64,000 nt of DNA. Source: Fimicolochytrium jonesii. Its lineage: Eukaryota. Location of the stretch: the NCBI RefSeq assembly GCF_025526975.1, contig NW_026515670.1, positions 1,240,001-1,304,000 on the forward strand, in the 5' to 3' direction. This document shows, in pieces, positions 14,593-27,492 of this stretch. A model generated the notes under the pieces. The model did no database searches, had not been told where the DNA came from, and was given only the letters and a program-made list of their open reading frames with translations. The first letter of the stretch is position 1; every line of letters begins with the position of its first letter. The translations under genes and the position numbers were made by a program.

Positions 14593-15987
14593 ATGGTGTC
14601 CCTCAAGCAGATCGACTGGATGGGCGCCACCCTGCTCACAATTACACCAATAATGGCACTCTACGCCGCCTTCTTCGTTCCTCTGAACACCAAGACGGCG
14701 ATCTGGAGTATCATATACTACTTCTTCTCCGGACTGGGCATCACTGCTGGTAGTACTTGACATGGACTTTTAGCATCGCCGCGAAATATCCTGCTGAACT
14801 CAACTCTCGTCTTGACATTTTCAGGTTACCATCGCCTCTGGTCGCATCGGTCGTATGAAGCGCGCCGACCATACGAGCTTTTCATGGCACTGGCTGGCGC
14901 TAGCGCCTGTCAAGGATCTATCAAGTGGTGGAGTCGACACCACCGATCTCACCACCGTTATACCGACACCGACTTTGACCCATACGGGCCCCAGAAGGGA
15001 TTCTGGCACTCACATATCTGTATGTATCACCTGTCAAATTGCGAATGATATTGGGCGTCATCCTTACCATCCTGTGATTACGCAGTGTGGATGTTCATCA
15101 AGGAGGACACTAAGAAACGTGGAAAGGTCGACATGATGGATTTGAACAACGACCCCGTTGTGATGTGGCAACACCGCAACTTCGTCCCGCTCATGTTGTT
15201 CTTTGGCTTTGTGTTCCCAATGCTCGTTCCCGGACTCGGCTGGGGCGACTGGAAGGGCGGATACTTTTGGTCCACAATCACCCGTCTCGTCTTTACCCAC
15301 CACGCCACTTTCTGCGTGAACTCCTTGGCACACTGGCTCGGAGAGGAGAGCTTCGACGACCGTCATACCCCGAAAGACCACTTCATCACCGCCATCCTGA
15401 CGCTCGGAGAAGGCTACCACAACTTCCACCACGAGTTCCCATCTGACTTCCGAAACGCCATCAAATTCTGGCAGTATGACCCCACCAAGTGGCTCATATG
15501 GCTCTGCTCTTGCGTTGGCTTGACATATAACCTGAACAAGTTCCCCGACAACGAGGTTCAGAAGGGAAGGCTGCAGATGCAGGCCAAGAAGATCGAAGAT
15601 TTGAAGAAGAAATTGAACTGGGGAACCCCGCTTGAGAAGCTTCCAGAACTTACTTTCGAAGATGGTGCGTTTTTGTCCTGAGAGATTCTCCTTTCTACCT
15701 GCTCTAAGCTAACCGCCATCGCCTTGCTTGCAGTCCAATCACAAATTAGGGACAACGGAAAGCAGCTTACAATCATCGATGGAGTTATCTACAACGTTGA
15801 CGGGTTCGCAGAGAACCACCCAGGTGGCCGTATCTTCATCAAGTCCGCCATCGGACGGGATGTTACCAATGCCTTCAACGGAGGTGTCTACAACCACCAC
15901 AACGCGGCCCGTAACCTGCTCTCCGGCTTCCGATACGGAGTTCTCAAGGGCGAAGTTCCGTCCGCAAACAAATCGAAGGATGAATGA
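14593..15987 (+). CDS. OLE1: Acyl-CoA delta-9 desaturase with C-terminal cytochrome b5 domain (4 exons)
   Basis: GLGITA|GYHRLWSH, HHRSHH and GEGYHNFHH histidine boxes, YDPTKW, and cytochrome b5 HPGG motif near the C-terminus. ATG at 14593. Confidence 0.95.
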
Positions 15988-16442
15988 AAACTGCGTAGCG
16001 AAAATTCCTTAGATTAGAAACAACGTCATCGAGGGCAATGTTATCATTCTCCTTCCCATTTTTGCGGGCTATACCCACCCTGTGTCTCATGTAATAGGTC
16101 CTGCAGGTTCACTGCAGTAGCGGCTGTATGTAGCGGATTCCCTAATTTTGTACCATTTTGCAAATACCACTGTAAGCTCATCGATATCAACCGTACCGCT
16201 CGTTTACGATGCCAGGTTGCTTCCGTAATAATGTGATCAAATCAGAAAATTTCGACAGCGCGAACACGGAAAAGCTGTCAATCCAGCTTTCTTGAACTAG
16301 ATTTAGAGTGAAACGGATGGAGAGCTGCTCAAGTGACCCACTACCTACTTGCCCACCGTGTATTAGTCAACAAAATTGAGCTTGTCGAGGGGTTTCGAGA
16401 GGAGAAGTAGGACGAAATAGCTGGTTTCGGGAGACATACGAC

Positions 16443-19400
16443 ATGTCCCGATATCATGAAAGCAGTACAGGTTCGGACGATGATCCACTAGGGCAACCCA
16501 AACAAGCGCACCCCTCCGAAGCATGCAGTGAAGAAGATGACGACGAACTCTCGATCCGTGAGGATTCAGGGGATGATGGTGATGACGACGAAGAACCCGA
16601 ATTCCTTAGCGACGACAGCGACCAGAACGATCAGTACCCTCTGAGTGACGAAGATTGCTTTTCTAGCGATTCGTCAGTAAACGGCGAGGACGATGATATG
16701 GATGACAATAAGGATGCATATGCGGAGGAGGAAGACATGAGCTTCTGTGCATCGCTATGCACAAGTCCCACTGTTATTGCCGAGGATGGATCAGATTCCG
16801 GGACTCGGGATATCGTTGTTGAGGCCGTCAGGAGGATGTCCCTTGGCATAGGATTAACACCAAAGAGCATTCAGATGGGGACATTGGGCGAAGAAATTGT
16901 GGTTGATCCGATTTCTCGGAGCCTGTTTGAGGATGGTGAGGATGTACTTTACTTTCCGAAGCCGAACGAACGAGGTATAGCTTGTTCCATTCTTTTCCTA
17001 GTTGAGAGATCGAAAGCTAGCCTGAACTTCCCAATCACCATCCGCAGTGGGGCCACTACATAAAAGCCTTCGCAAAGTCCTCAAGTGGAAGATAGGATCT
17101 TTTACACCCAATGTCGTGCGTTGTAAGATCCAAATTCCGCGGGTTAGAACATGCAAGATGGGTGGCCTCTTTGACAGCTACTGACACTCCAACCTCTGCT
17201 CTACATAGATGCGGTTTCCAGAGCGAATTTTACACTCCTCAGGAAAGGAAAGCGGTGGATAGGCAGTTGGGGCAAGCACTTCAGCTCCAAGAAGTTCAGA
17301 CTGGTCCACCCGTGGCAGAAGGTCAATCATTTCCCTCGGAGCTTTGAGATTGGGCGGAAGGATAAGCTGCTCATGAACTATCAACGTCTGAGAAGAGCAT
17401 GCGAAGCGCAGGTAAATGCAGGTTATCCACAATGAGGATGAGACTGCACGATATCTGTTATCTTGATATGTGCTTTTGTGTAGAGCTTCGACTACTTGCC
17501 TGAGACGTATATTCTGCCCCGGCAGCGAGGCTCTCTGGAGAACGCCTTCGCCTCGCATCCTCTGTGGATTATGAAGCCGCCAGCGTCTGCCCGGGGGCAA
17601 GGAATCCGCGTGGTAAAAGACTTTGCTAAGGTGCCCCGAAAGAAACCCTTAGTTGTGTCGAGATACATCATGCGGCCGTACCTCATCGGGGGCCGCAAGT
17701 TCGATATTCGCTTGTATGTCGCGGTCACAAGCTTTGAGCCTTTGCGCATATATCTGTACCAAGATGGTGTGGTGCGATTTGCTTCGGAAAAGTGAGTATG
17801 CGCTTCCTCGCACATGCATTGTTGAAGCGAACGTTCGTGACTAGTTATTGATGAGCTTTGCTATCTCCGAAGGTACACGACGCAAAAGAGCTGCATTCGC
17901 AACCGTTTCATACATCTGACAAATTACAGCGTCGCAAAGCGACGAAGAAAGAGCGGGGCCAGCCTTGAAGATCATCGTCATGGGACCTGTGTCAACGACT
18001 ATCTTCTCGGCGACACGCGGTTTCCTGCCAAAGCGTGTAAATGGTAGAGTGATCTGCCCACAGACGTGCGGTAAGCTCTTTCTCATCACTCAATTCCCAC
18101 CAGGTCATTCAAAGATCTTCAAGAATACTTCCGGCGGATTGGAGTTGACTTTGCTCTCGTGTACGAGCAAATCAATGATCTAATAGTCAAAACAATCATC
18201 ACTGGTCATGCCGCGAACGTATCAGGGATGAGACTCTGCACGAGAAGTAGGTCAGTGGAGTTGGGATACCTGGATCATCAGGCCGTAGGCGCCCGTGCTT
18301 ACATTCTTCTCAATGCAAAAGAGCGAGCTGCTTTGAGGTGTTTGGGTTTGATGTTCTTCTAGACTCGCGGCTGAAGCCATGGCTCATGGAAGTCAACATT
18401 TCGCCATCACTGAAAGCGTCCAACGAGATGGATTTCGGCATCAAGCTCGGCATGGTGACAGATCTCCTCAACCTCGTCGGCGTCCGGCTTCGCGATATCC
18501 GCGCCTGCAGAGATTCTGCAAAAGACGAGTGAGTTTTTGCAAATGACACTCCGTTATGGCTTGTTCGCTCACTTACTGCTGTCCGCGCGAATTTCAGGAA
18601 ACGACGAGATGAAGGGCCTTTCGGTTCTTTCACAGCCGAGAAAGCCCGTCACAAGTCTTTCGTGAATGCCAAGCCTTCTGATTATCTGACGGACATGACT
18701 GCTGAGGATCTGAAGATTCTGAAGGAGGTAGAGGATGAGGTAGGGCGAGGGCCAGTGCCACTGTGCCGGTTTGAAGCATCAAATCTGAAGCCCTTTTCTT
18801 CCTTACGCCCTGAAGTACACACGTCGAGGCGATTTCGAGCGCCTGTTTCCGTCCCCAACCTCGTCGCAATACGATCGCTACTTCGATGTTGTCCCATACT
18901 TTGACCGACTTGTACATCACTGGCTGAATCAACCGGATCTATCAGAAGATCCCGATGCGCGAGTTGCAAAACTGCGCTGTCTCGTTCCGACACAGGACTC
19001 GGCATGCTCCTTACCGAACCTATCAAGGTCTGCAAGCTCTTCGTTGAGCGGTTTCCTGCCTTCGAGGTCGGCGTCGCCGGCTTCAACACGATCGTCGACG
19101 TCAGGATCTTCCACGTCGTTAGCATTCGACAGAGCGGGCCGAGCATCTTCTTCTTCTTCCGCAGGCGGCAGGAGCTCAGCATCTCTCGCTGCAAAAAACA
19201 GTGGCCCGCGCGCCTCCTCATATTCGTCTCTGCAGCGGCGGGCAATAAGCAACATTATGCTATCTTCCAGGCCACTGAACAATGAGCTTGCGGCGAGCAT
19301 GCGAATGGCGTCCTCTGGACGGATCTGTAGCAGCAGTGGCGGCTACATGTCAGTGCGATCTATGAGGGTCGCACAATCGCAAATGCTGCCGCCTCGACCT

Positions 19401-19661
19401 CAAAGCTGCGGAGTTCAGACCGTTACGTACACTTCTCCGGCCGCAGCCACCGATGGCAACCCCTATGGCACCGCTGCCCAGTCTGTAACGGTCTTGAAAG
19501 TTCGGCACCTATCACTCGCGGCTGGTCCAGCGGGGAAGGACGTCCGGATGATGGATCTGAAACAGTTTCGTGGCTCGACAGGGGATCTTCCCGCCTGGTC
19601 CGCTTCAGGGAATCCTTCAGTACGGGCAAGCAAAAAGGATACGGACAGGCGTAGAGAGTAG
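16443..19661 (+). CDS. TTLL4: Tubulin polyglutamylase, TTLL4-like (multi-exon), with acidic N-terminus and Ser-rich tail
   Basis: KVNHFPRSFEIGRKDKL, WIMKPPASARGQGIRVV, KFDIRLYVAVTSFEPLRIYLYQDGVVRFAS, HLTNYS, CFEVFGFDVLLDSRLKPWLMEVNISPSL and RRGDFERLFP. The KPPASARG motif fits the TTLL4 subfamily best. Confidence 0.88.
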
Positions 19662-20034
19662 TAGGTGCCTATCCTAGAGAGACCGTCTGCCTATCCTATA
19701 TACCTTCAATTCTTATTTCTTCATCTAGACCCGTGTTGTTCTGAATGAAGGTGTTCAGAAGCCGTTTATCTACACTTCAGATGCGTCTGTCTCCATGCTC
19801 ATAACAGCAAGGTGGAAAGAGTGATATGCCTCAGCATCACGATGAGTGACAAAGAACGAAGAGTCGTATAGATTCACACTCAGATTGAATGATATGCGAC
19901 AATGTTTGTTACAGATGGGATGATATACACGCTGGGATCTCTTGAAAAAATGATAATGTGCAAAAGGAGTCACAAATTACAGGGTAGTCCAAAATGCCGC
20001 TTGCGGCTCGTTGATCATGCTTCCTGTTAGTACC

Positions 20035-23000
20035 TCATTCTGGCGGGAGCAATGGTCTCTTTTCCGGCAAAAATATTGATCCATTCGATATCGCTTGCCT
20101 CGGTGATAGAGGTGTCTTTGGATCATCATTGTGAGCTTCGCGTCGGCAACGCTCTACTCCTTGCAGCCATCGGGCACGATCTTGCACGTCTTGGGCCATG
20201 AAGTACTGAGGGGAGGCGAAGCATATCAGCAATGGTGTTCAACTTTCAACTCTTCGGTGAGGTTGGGCAATTTACCAGTGGGGCCACGGTCTTCAGCACT
20301 CGGCTCTCCTCACACGTCAGCTCATTCAACGTCTTGCAAGCCTTATGGCAAATCATTTTACAAACTACACAAAGGAGCAAAGCTCAGCATGAAACCGCAG
20401 ACGTAGAGGGTTCTATTGAGCATACCTGAGCATTCGTAGCCTTGATTCGTCTTGCCCCATAAGGGCTCATGGCATACAGCGCAATCCGTTGGCTTGTAGT
20501 ACTGCCGTAACTTGTAACTGTGGCCTTGACTGCTAGCGCGTTCGCTAGAGTCTCGGAGCTTCTGCAGGACAGCCGCACGCTTTTCGGAATCGTTCTGTAG
20601 ATGTGCAACAAGCTGTCAGCTGGTGGAAAGCCCAGTGACAACTGTATCTACATTGCGTCTCATGCTTACCGTATTGAGACCGTCCAAGTCCTCTGATGTT
20701 CAATATCACAGAATCAAGTGGATCAGCGGACTGCTCGTGCAATCCACCGAAAAATCGGAGTTTCACTAACCTCTCAATTTCGTGATGGTCCTCTCACTAT
20801 ACAGCAACTCCTGTTCCGCGGACTGGGCCATCCTCCCGCGATTTACTTTGCCCACCGGACTGTCCAACGATGCGGAAGTGGCCACTTTCAAGACGGCATC
20901 CCGCTTCTTCTCTTCTTCAACGAGCTGCGCTTCGATTTTGCGTCGGAACTGGTCCACATCGTCCTCCACTAGATCGGATTGGGGTGGTGGCTGCGAAGTA
21001 AATGAGTAGCTGAACGAAACCTCCGTCAGCCAATGAAGACGTGAACCATACCACAAGGTCCGAGTCTCCATCCAGCGTGTTTTTCAAGCGATCGAGCTGG
21101 ACGTGCATTGATGTCAGGCGATTTCGTGACGCCTCAATCTGGGTATCTAGCGTTGCACGGTTGGCCTCGCTGGAGGCCTCCCACATTTTCTCAGCTGCTT
21201 TGAGCATTTTGTCTTCCAGCGCTATCTCGGTCTCCAGCTTTTCAATCCTACGCCGTGTTGAGTTGGCGGAGGCTTCGGTTACGGAGCCCATGTCCGTCTC
21301 ACCCTGGTTGATTGAACGATTTCAGTACAGAAGATCAGTACAGTCGTTCGCAGTGCAAGATGAACTAACCAGAGTGCTCAATAGTGATGTGGTGTCGGGT
21401 CCAGAAGTCCCTCGCATATTAGCGAAATGAATCTTGAAGATACAGTCGATTTCTTTACCGTTGGCATGGATGAGTTCGTTCTGTGCGACACCTTTCACTA
21501 TGAAGATGTCGCATCTTCGAGGAGATCCAGGGAGGGTGAGAAGAAATTCAATAGAGACATCGTCGCCTGTTTTGACACATACCTCATGTCGACCATTAAC
21601 GTGCCTTCCATCAGGCCGACGTCCTTGTCTCGCTCGTACATGAAGAGCTTGTGATCTCTGACCACCGCGTATTTGTTTTTCCATCCTTTCTTTACCCGTC
21701 CCCCTTTCGGGACCTTCAACCACCCTTTTAGTTGGTCGCGAGTCGAGGCGTCAACTACGTAGAAGAGTTTGGTAAGAAGGGCGGGCGTGCAGCCAAGGAA
21801 GTATGTTGCCTGACTTACACAAAGCATCCGAGGATCGAGTATGCTTCGACCGCATCGAAAAGGAAGACCCGGAACTCGGTCGACGGACCAGCGCCGACTC
21901 CAACATTTTGGAAATATCATCCCCAAAATCTGAAATACCCGGCAACTGCGGGCTCTGCCGCGCCAGATCCTTCGTCTCCATCTTCAACGGCTGGCTATTC
22001 GCTCTAAACAGCGCCTTCCAACCACCCTTCGATCGTATCGATGTCGCTTTCTCGGGCGATTTGTACGTCGGTATCGGGAAGGAGTGCTCGGATCTTTGGC
22101 TTACGGTATCCTCGATGGTCCCATGGGACTCCACCTGCCCCTGTAGCGACACATACGACTGCTCCAGCTCATGTATCCGGTCCTTCAAGTTCCGCGTTTG
22201 CGTTTCGGATAGACTTTGCTGGACCTCGAGCTCGTGGATACGTTGCGATGCTTCGTTCCGCGCGCGTTCAGATCGGGAGGCGCGGTCGCGATCGGCCTGC
22301 GCTTTGTCCTCGACGGCTTTGAGTGCCAGTCGCAGATCGGATATCTGCGTCTCGAACGTCGATCGTTGCTGCTTTTCACTGGCGAGCATCGACCGTGCGC
22401 TGTCGAGATCGATTTGAACGCTTTTGACGCGTAGCAGTGTGCTTTCGAGCTCACGGCAGGTTGATTCCAGTGCAGACCGGAGCCGTTCCATCTCCTCATC
22501 AGCTTCCTTGTTTCGTTCGGAAGTGTTGCGCGCGGTTTGTTTCTCATCCGTGATCTGTTTCTGAAGCTGTTGGATGGAATGCTGGGCTTCCTTGAACAGT
22601 TCCTCGTAGTTGGAGGACATCTGCGCGGATCGGACCTGTTTGTGCAGCTCTTCCTTGGTCGTGTCCAGTTCCCGTTTGATCGCGGCAGCCTGCTGGGTTT
22701 GCGCTTGGAGTTGACGCTGCGACTCTGCTGTAGCAGCCTCCACTTGCGCCATGGCAGACCGCAGCTGTTCCATCTCAGCATCGAAGTTCTGTTTCTGCAC
22801 AACTGCTATGTGCCGCTGGTCGTCTAGCACCGTCTGCGTTTCTTTCAAGTTGCGCTTTGTACCCTCGTGCGTCTCCGTCTCGACTTGAAAGCGCTTCTTC
22901 ACTTCTTCCAACTCCAGATTGGACGTGGCCAGACCCTTTTCGAGCTGGGCCACGCGATTAGAGGCATCCGTTAGCTTGTCGCGCAATGTGGCCGCTTCCT

Positions 23001-25412
23001 CGTTTTGCGTTCCCGCAACTTTGGATTGGGTACTTCGCAACTCGGCAATGTTGCTTTGCAGCATCGCCGTGTGGGAGTTGAGACGTTCTAGCTCGATGTT
23101 GGCCGTAGTCCTCTGCTGTTCCAGCAGCAGATTGAGCTTGCCCATTTGATTCAGCTCTTCCGTCTGGACTTTGCAGGTCGCATTGAGGGAATCGACCTGT
23201 TTGTGCAGATTCTTCACCAGATTGTCGGTTTTGGCTCCTTCGGATTTCAGCTTTGCCACCTCTTTACGCTCTCTTTCCAACGCAGCCGTAGCGTCCGCTA
23301 ACTGCGTCGCAATCGAAGACCGACTACTAATCTCCTGCGCAGTCTCTCTCTCCAACGTATCCAGCCGATCCTTCAACCCCTCCTTCTGCATCTGCACCTC
23401 CGTCGCCAGCTCCATCTGATGCCTCAACTCCTCCGCCATCTGCTTCATCTGCAACCTTACAGAATCCAACTCCCTCTCAACCCTCCCATTCGCATGCCTT
23501 AACGACTCCACCTCCTCCTTCTCCCTCCCGGCCTCCTCCAACGACCGTTTGAGCTGCGTGATCGTGCGTTGGAGCTCATCGCGCTCGCGAGCCTCCACAT
23601 CTCTCGTCGTGCGTAAATCGGAACACGACCGTTCGGTTAGATCACGCTTCTTTTCGGCTGCGGAGAGGAGGGATTGTAGCTCGGCGGTTTGGTTTAGCGC
23701 GAGGCTGAGTTGGGCGGCGGCGGTTTTGGCTTCGGCTTCGGCGGTTTGACGTGCGCGGATGAGGTCTCGGATTTCTGAGGCGGTTTGGGTTGTTGGTGTT
23801 GATGGCTCGCCGGACTTCCCCGCTGAAGTCGCCGTCGGACCGTTTCCGACGTCTTGAGACGCATGGGTGGTAGACCCGCCCCACATTACTGCCGGTTTGG
23901 CGTTTTGTATGTACGTATACCCCACAAACGGCAGATGCTGGCCGGTGAATTCTTTGGATTTCCCGATCGACTTTGCGATAACTTTCTTGGCTTCATTATC
24001 CTCGTCTTCAAAATATCGCGTATCGTCTGGCCCCGTCAACTCCGGAATGAATGGCGGAGTCGATTGTCTAGTAGCCGACCAATCCATGCCCTTGAACCAG
24101 GGGTGATTCTGAATCTCGCTCGTCCCATTTCTCCCCAGCCGAGTTTCCCTCTTACATATCAGCTTCCTTATCAAGTCCATAGCCTCCTCGGACACCTCAA
24201 TATCGTCCGGGAACGCAAAACTCCTCTCATGATCCATAATCTTTCCATACGTCTCCATCAGCGACTCCGAGTAAAACGGCACCTCATCAAATAAGACCTC
24301 GTACAGCACGATCCCGAGCGACCACCAGTCGCATTCGCGTCCGTAGCTGGCGTTGCCCTCGTGTGATCGCAGTATTTCGGGGGAGATGTAATCAGGGGTG
24401 CCCACGGTCTCCTGTGACGTTGCGTTCTTGGCGTCTTCCATCCGGATGCAGGATCCAAAGTCGGCGAGCTTTAGGTGCCCTGAGGCATCGATGAGGCAGT
24501 TTTCGGGTTTTACGTCACTACGGGATTGTAAGACGTTAGTCGACACGTCCCCAACAGGCCCAGCCGCAGCCCCACCCACCGCCCGACACCCCGCCTCCAT
24601 ACCGATGAATAAACTCGTGCCGATGCAACTCATCTAACGCCATCAAAATCTCCGCCACATAAAACCTCGCACTCCCCTCATCCATCGGCGTCTCCCTATT
24701 ATTCAACAACGCGCGCAAACTGCCTCCCGACGCATACTCCATCACGAGGTACAGGTTCTCCTCGTCCTGGAACGCGGCAAAGAGGGTGGTGATCCAGTCG
24801 GAGCGCTGGGCAAAGACGAGGGCGTCGCGCTCCTCCATGAAGAAGGCGGCTTCTTGGCGGGTTAGGAGGTCGACTTTTTTGAGGATCTTCATGGCGTAAA
24901 CTTGTTTGGTGAGTTTGTGGCGAACGAGGCAGACCTGGAGTGAGGGGTGGGGGGTTACACATCAAGCGATGACCATGAAATGTATGGCGGAGCTGCATAC
25001 ACACATACCTTCCCCACCGCACCCGTCGCAAGCGTCTTGATAATCTCGAAATCCGCAGTGTTGACCCGCAACGCCTGGAGCTTCGATATAAACTTCTCAT
25101 CTACATAACCGCATATCTTAGCCTCAATCTCTCGCCACTCACAACCCCGCCCAGACCCCTCTCCTCCAACCTACATTTCCGTAAGAACTTGCTAATAGGC
25201 CCATTCGACGCCGTCGACGACGCCTTACAGTCCGTATACAGCGCCAGAAACGTATCCAGAAGTGTTTCGAATGAGAGCGAGGATGGCGAGAATGCGTCGC
25301 TGTTGATTATAGATGAGATTTGGTCGAGGCGGGGGCGGATGTGGGATGTGAAGTCGTCGGCGGCAGCGGTGGCGGCGGGCGCTGGGCGCGGGGAGGCGGT
25401 GGCGACGGACAT
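20035..25412 (-). CDS. ROCK/MRCK (DMPK-family) AGC kinase: N-terminal helix bundle, kinase, long coiled coil, split PH with HR1-like repeats and C1
   Basis: LSFETLLDTFLALYTDC; FFMEERDAL; HR|DVKPENCLID..GHLKLADFGSC; VGTPDYISPEIL; long heptad coiled coil; PH start LKGWLKVPKGGRVKKGWKNKYAVV; spliced C1 HSYKLRQYYKPTDCAVCHEPLWGKTNQGYECS|.CKMICHKACKTLNELTC; final PH helix YFMAQDVQDRARWLQGV. Confidence 0.9.
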
Positions 25413-25937
25413 GCTGGGGGATATGGCGGGATGATAACGGGGATGCGGAGTATGCAGAATATGGAAAGAGCGGGCGAGTGGGTACAGAAGGCGCCCGTCT
25501 TCCTGGATGGTTTGAGGGCGATCCAGCGGGTATCTGTTGTGCTGTGAATTGTACACTTCCTGAATGAGAGCGCATCACCAAAAAAATGGCAGCAGCTTCT
25601 GACAGCGGCAATTCGGGGGCGACCTTTTCCCAAACACGAACCCGCGTATTCCTGATGACTTACGTAAGCGCGCGTTTTTGGATTTGGCGCAACACCCAAC
25701 GAGGACAGACGGGATTTGAGGCCACTGCAATTCCAACGTCTCACTGCTACGCATGTTTTTGGTGTCCTAGATGCGATATAAAGATCATATGGTATTGTGG
25801 GAATTGGAGACAGAATGTGGTTGATGAAGCGCTACGAGTTGCTAAACATTAATGATTACTTCGCTATGCAAAATGATACGAGCCTGAATGGTTTGATGTG
25901 TTGAACTATTCTACAGAGGGCTCGACGTGAATGAAAA

Positions 25938-27089
25938 TCAACCGTGAACCTCCCTCGCATTGCCCATCGCCTTCAACGTCGCAGCAGGCGCCGACGCGCC
26001 AGGCAAAGATGTGGCGCCGGGTGCCGCAGGCATCCCCCCACCGAACATCGCCTTCCATGACGCAACGAATGGGGGTGCAGGGTTGATCGCTTCCAGCCGG
26101 TGCTCCTTCACCAATCCATGTTGGTCAAACGAATACACAAACACCCCTTCGTAAACCGAGCGGGGCGGCGAGTCGTCCGCGATGAGCAGATGGCGAGGTG
26201 TACCCTCGAATATCCAGCGGACTACAAGCTGTACGTCGTAGGCATCCGCTTCGGCGCCGTGGTCTTCCAGCGAGGACCCTTCCCGTATGTCGCCAGGGCG
26301 TTGATGTGAACCATTTCCTTCGGACGGGCTCGGCAGGCCGTCTGCTCCCTCGCCCGAAATCACCCCCTTCCCACCCATCCCCCCGCCTCCTCGTTGATGA
26401 ATGGCCAAGATCGTCATATCCGCGTCCACGAAAGCAACCTTCAACGCGGCGTGCATTGTACCCGCAAATGTCTTATACCACGTCTTGCCTTTACACCTGA
26501 AATGTGCCCTATACGGTTCGACGAACGTGACTGTTTCGGCGTAGATGTCAAAGTCCGAGAGCCCATGGTCTGGAAAGCGTGGGATCTCGTCTCGGATGAC
26601 TCGAGTGGCTCTGCCGATGTTGATGTACCGATCTGTGGGGTCTGGGGATGGTCCTCGCCTCCCACTCCGGGTGCTCTTCTTGCGGTGGGTTTGCTGACTT
26701 TGAAAGGAACTTGCGGGTCGGGTGTTCGGGGTCGGGGGTTCTTGATGCTTCCGTCGGTAAGCCGCACCCCAACGGGGTTTGTCTGAAATGGGTATATCTC
26801 GTAGGACTGCGGGGTGGTTATTGGATGGGAAGTCTCGTGGAGTGCTTCCGACAGGTGAGACAGCTGACGTTGAGTTCCGAAGACCAAAAAGTGTGCTTGC
26901 ATCGGCGCCCGTACCCGTACGGTTGCCTTCGGATATCGAGGAGACCGAGCCGTGCCATCGCCCACTGAGCGACGACCCAACGAGGTTGTGCGTTGGTAAA
27001 CTCCGATAGCAGTGTGACGTGAGGATGTTAGTGTTGGGAGACGGGACGCGAGACGAGACCGCCATCCGCAATTTCGACCGCGCGGCCAT
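25938..27089 (-). CDS. Uncharacterised C6orf136/DUF2358-like (NTF2/SnoaL-like) protein, probably mitochondrial
   Basis: Single long ORF. Likely ATG at 27089 (MAARSKLRMAVSS, presequence-like). Conserved-looking blocks IGRATRVIRDEIPRF..IYAETVTFVEP and VVRW...YEGVFVYSFDQHGLVKEHRLEAINPAPP. Family assignment is from recall only. Confidence 0.6.
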   Translation of the reverse strand: MAARSKLRMAVSSRVPSPNTNILTSHCYRSLPTHNLVGSSLSGRWHGSVSSISEGNRTGTGADASTLFGLRNSTSAVSPVGSTPRDFPSNNHPAVLRDIPISDKPRWGAAYRRKHQEPPTPNTRPASSFQSQQTHRKKSTRSGRRGPSPDPTDRYINIGRATRVIRDEIPRFPDHGLSDFDIYAETVTFVEPYRAHFRCKGKTWYKTFAGTMHAALKVAFVDADMTILAIHQRGGGGMGGKGVISGEGADGLPSPSEGNGSHQRPGDIREGSSLEDHGAEADAYDVQLVVRWIFEGTPRHLLIADDSPPRSVYEGVFVYSFDQHGLVKEHRLEAINPAPPFVASWKAMFGGGMPAAPGATSLPGASAPAATLKAMGNAREVHG

Positions 27090-27492
27090 GCCTGTATTGT
27101 TCAGGTACCTCCAAGTAGGTGTATGCAAACTGCAGCCGCCGACTTTGTCGAGCGGTGAGAACTGGGAGTGGACGGGGGTGCTTCTCAAGCTCAAGTTCCG
27201 AGAGTCGTGTTGAGTGTGAGGGGTCTGTCCGCATTGGAGTGACAGGCGGTTCGCGCGCGCCGTCAGACTCGTGCCCCCTCTGCCCCAGCCTCTGCCCTCT
27301 GCTGGCCAGTCTGCTGGCTGTCTGCTGGCCCCTCTGTCGATCCGGCCAGACTCCCTTGTTCTCACGGCCAACATGGACTTGATGACCAGCGTCGCAGCAA
27401 CAATACAGTAGTCTCCTCGTAAGATATTATATATTAGGCCGGCCGGCCCCCCATACGCCCTCACCCTTCGCACCTCTCGACAAAACCCAGCA

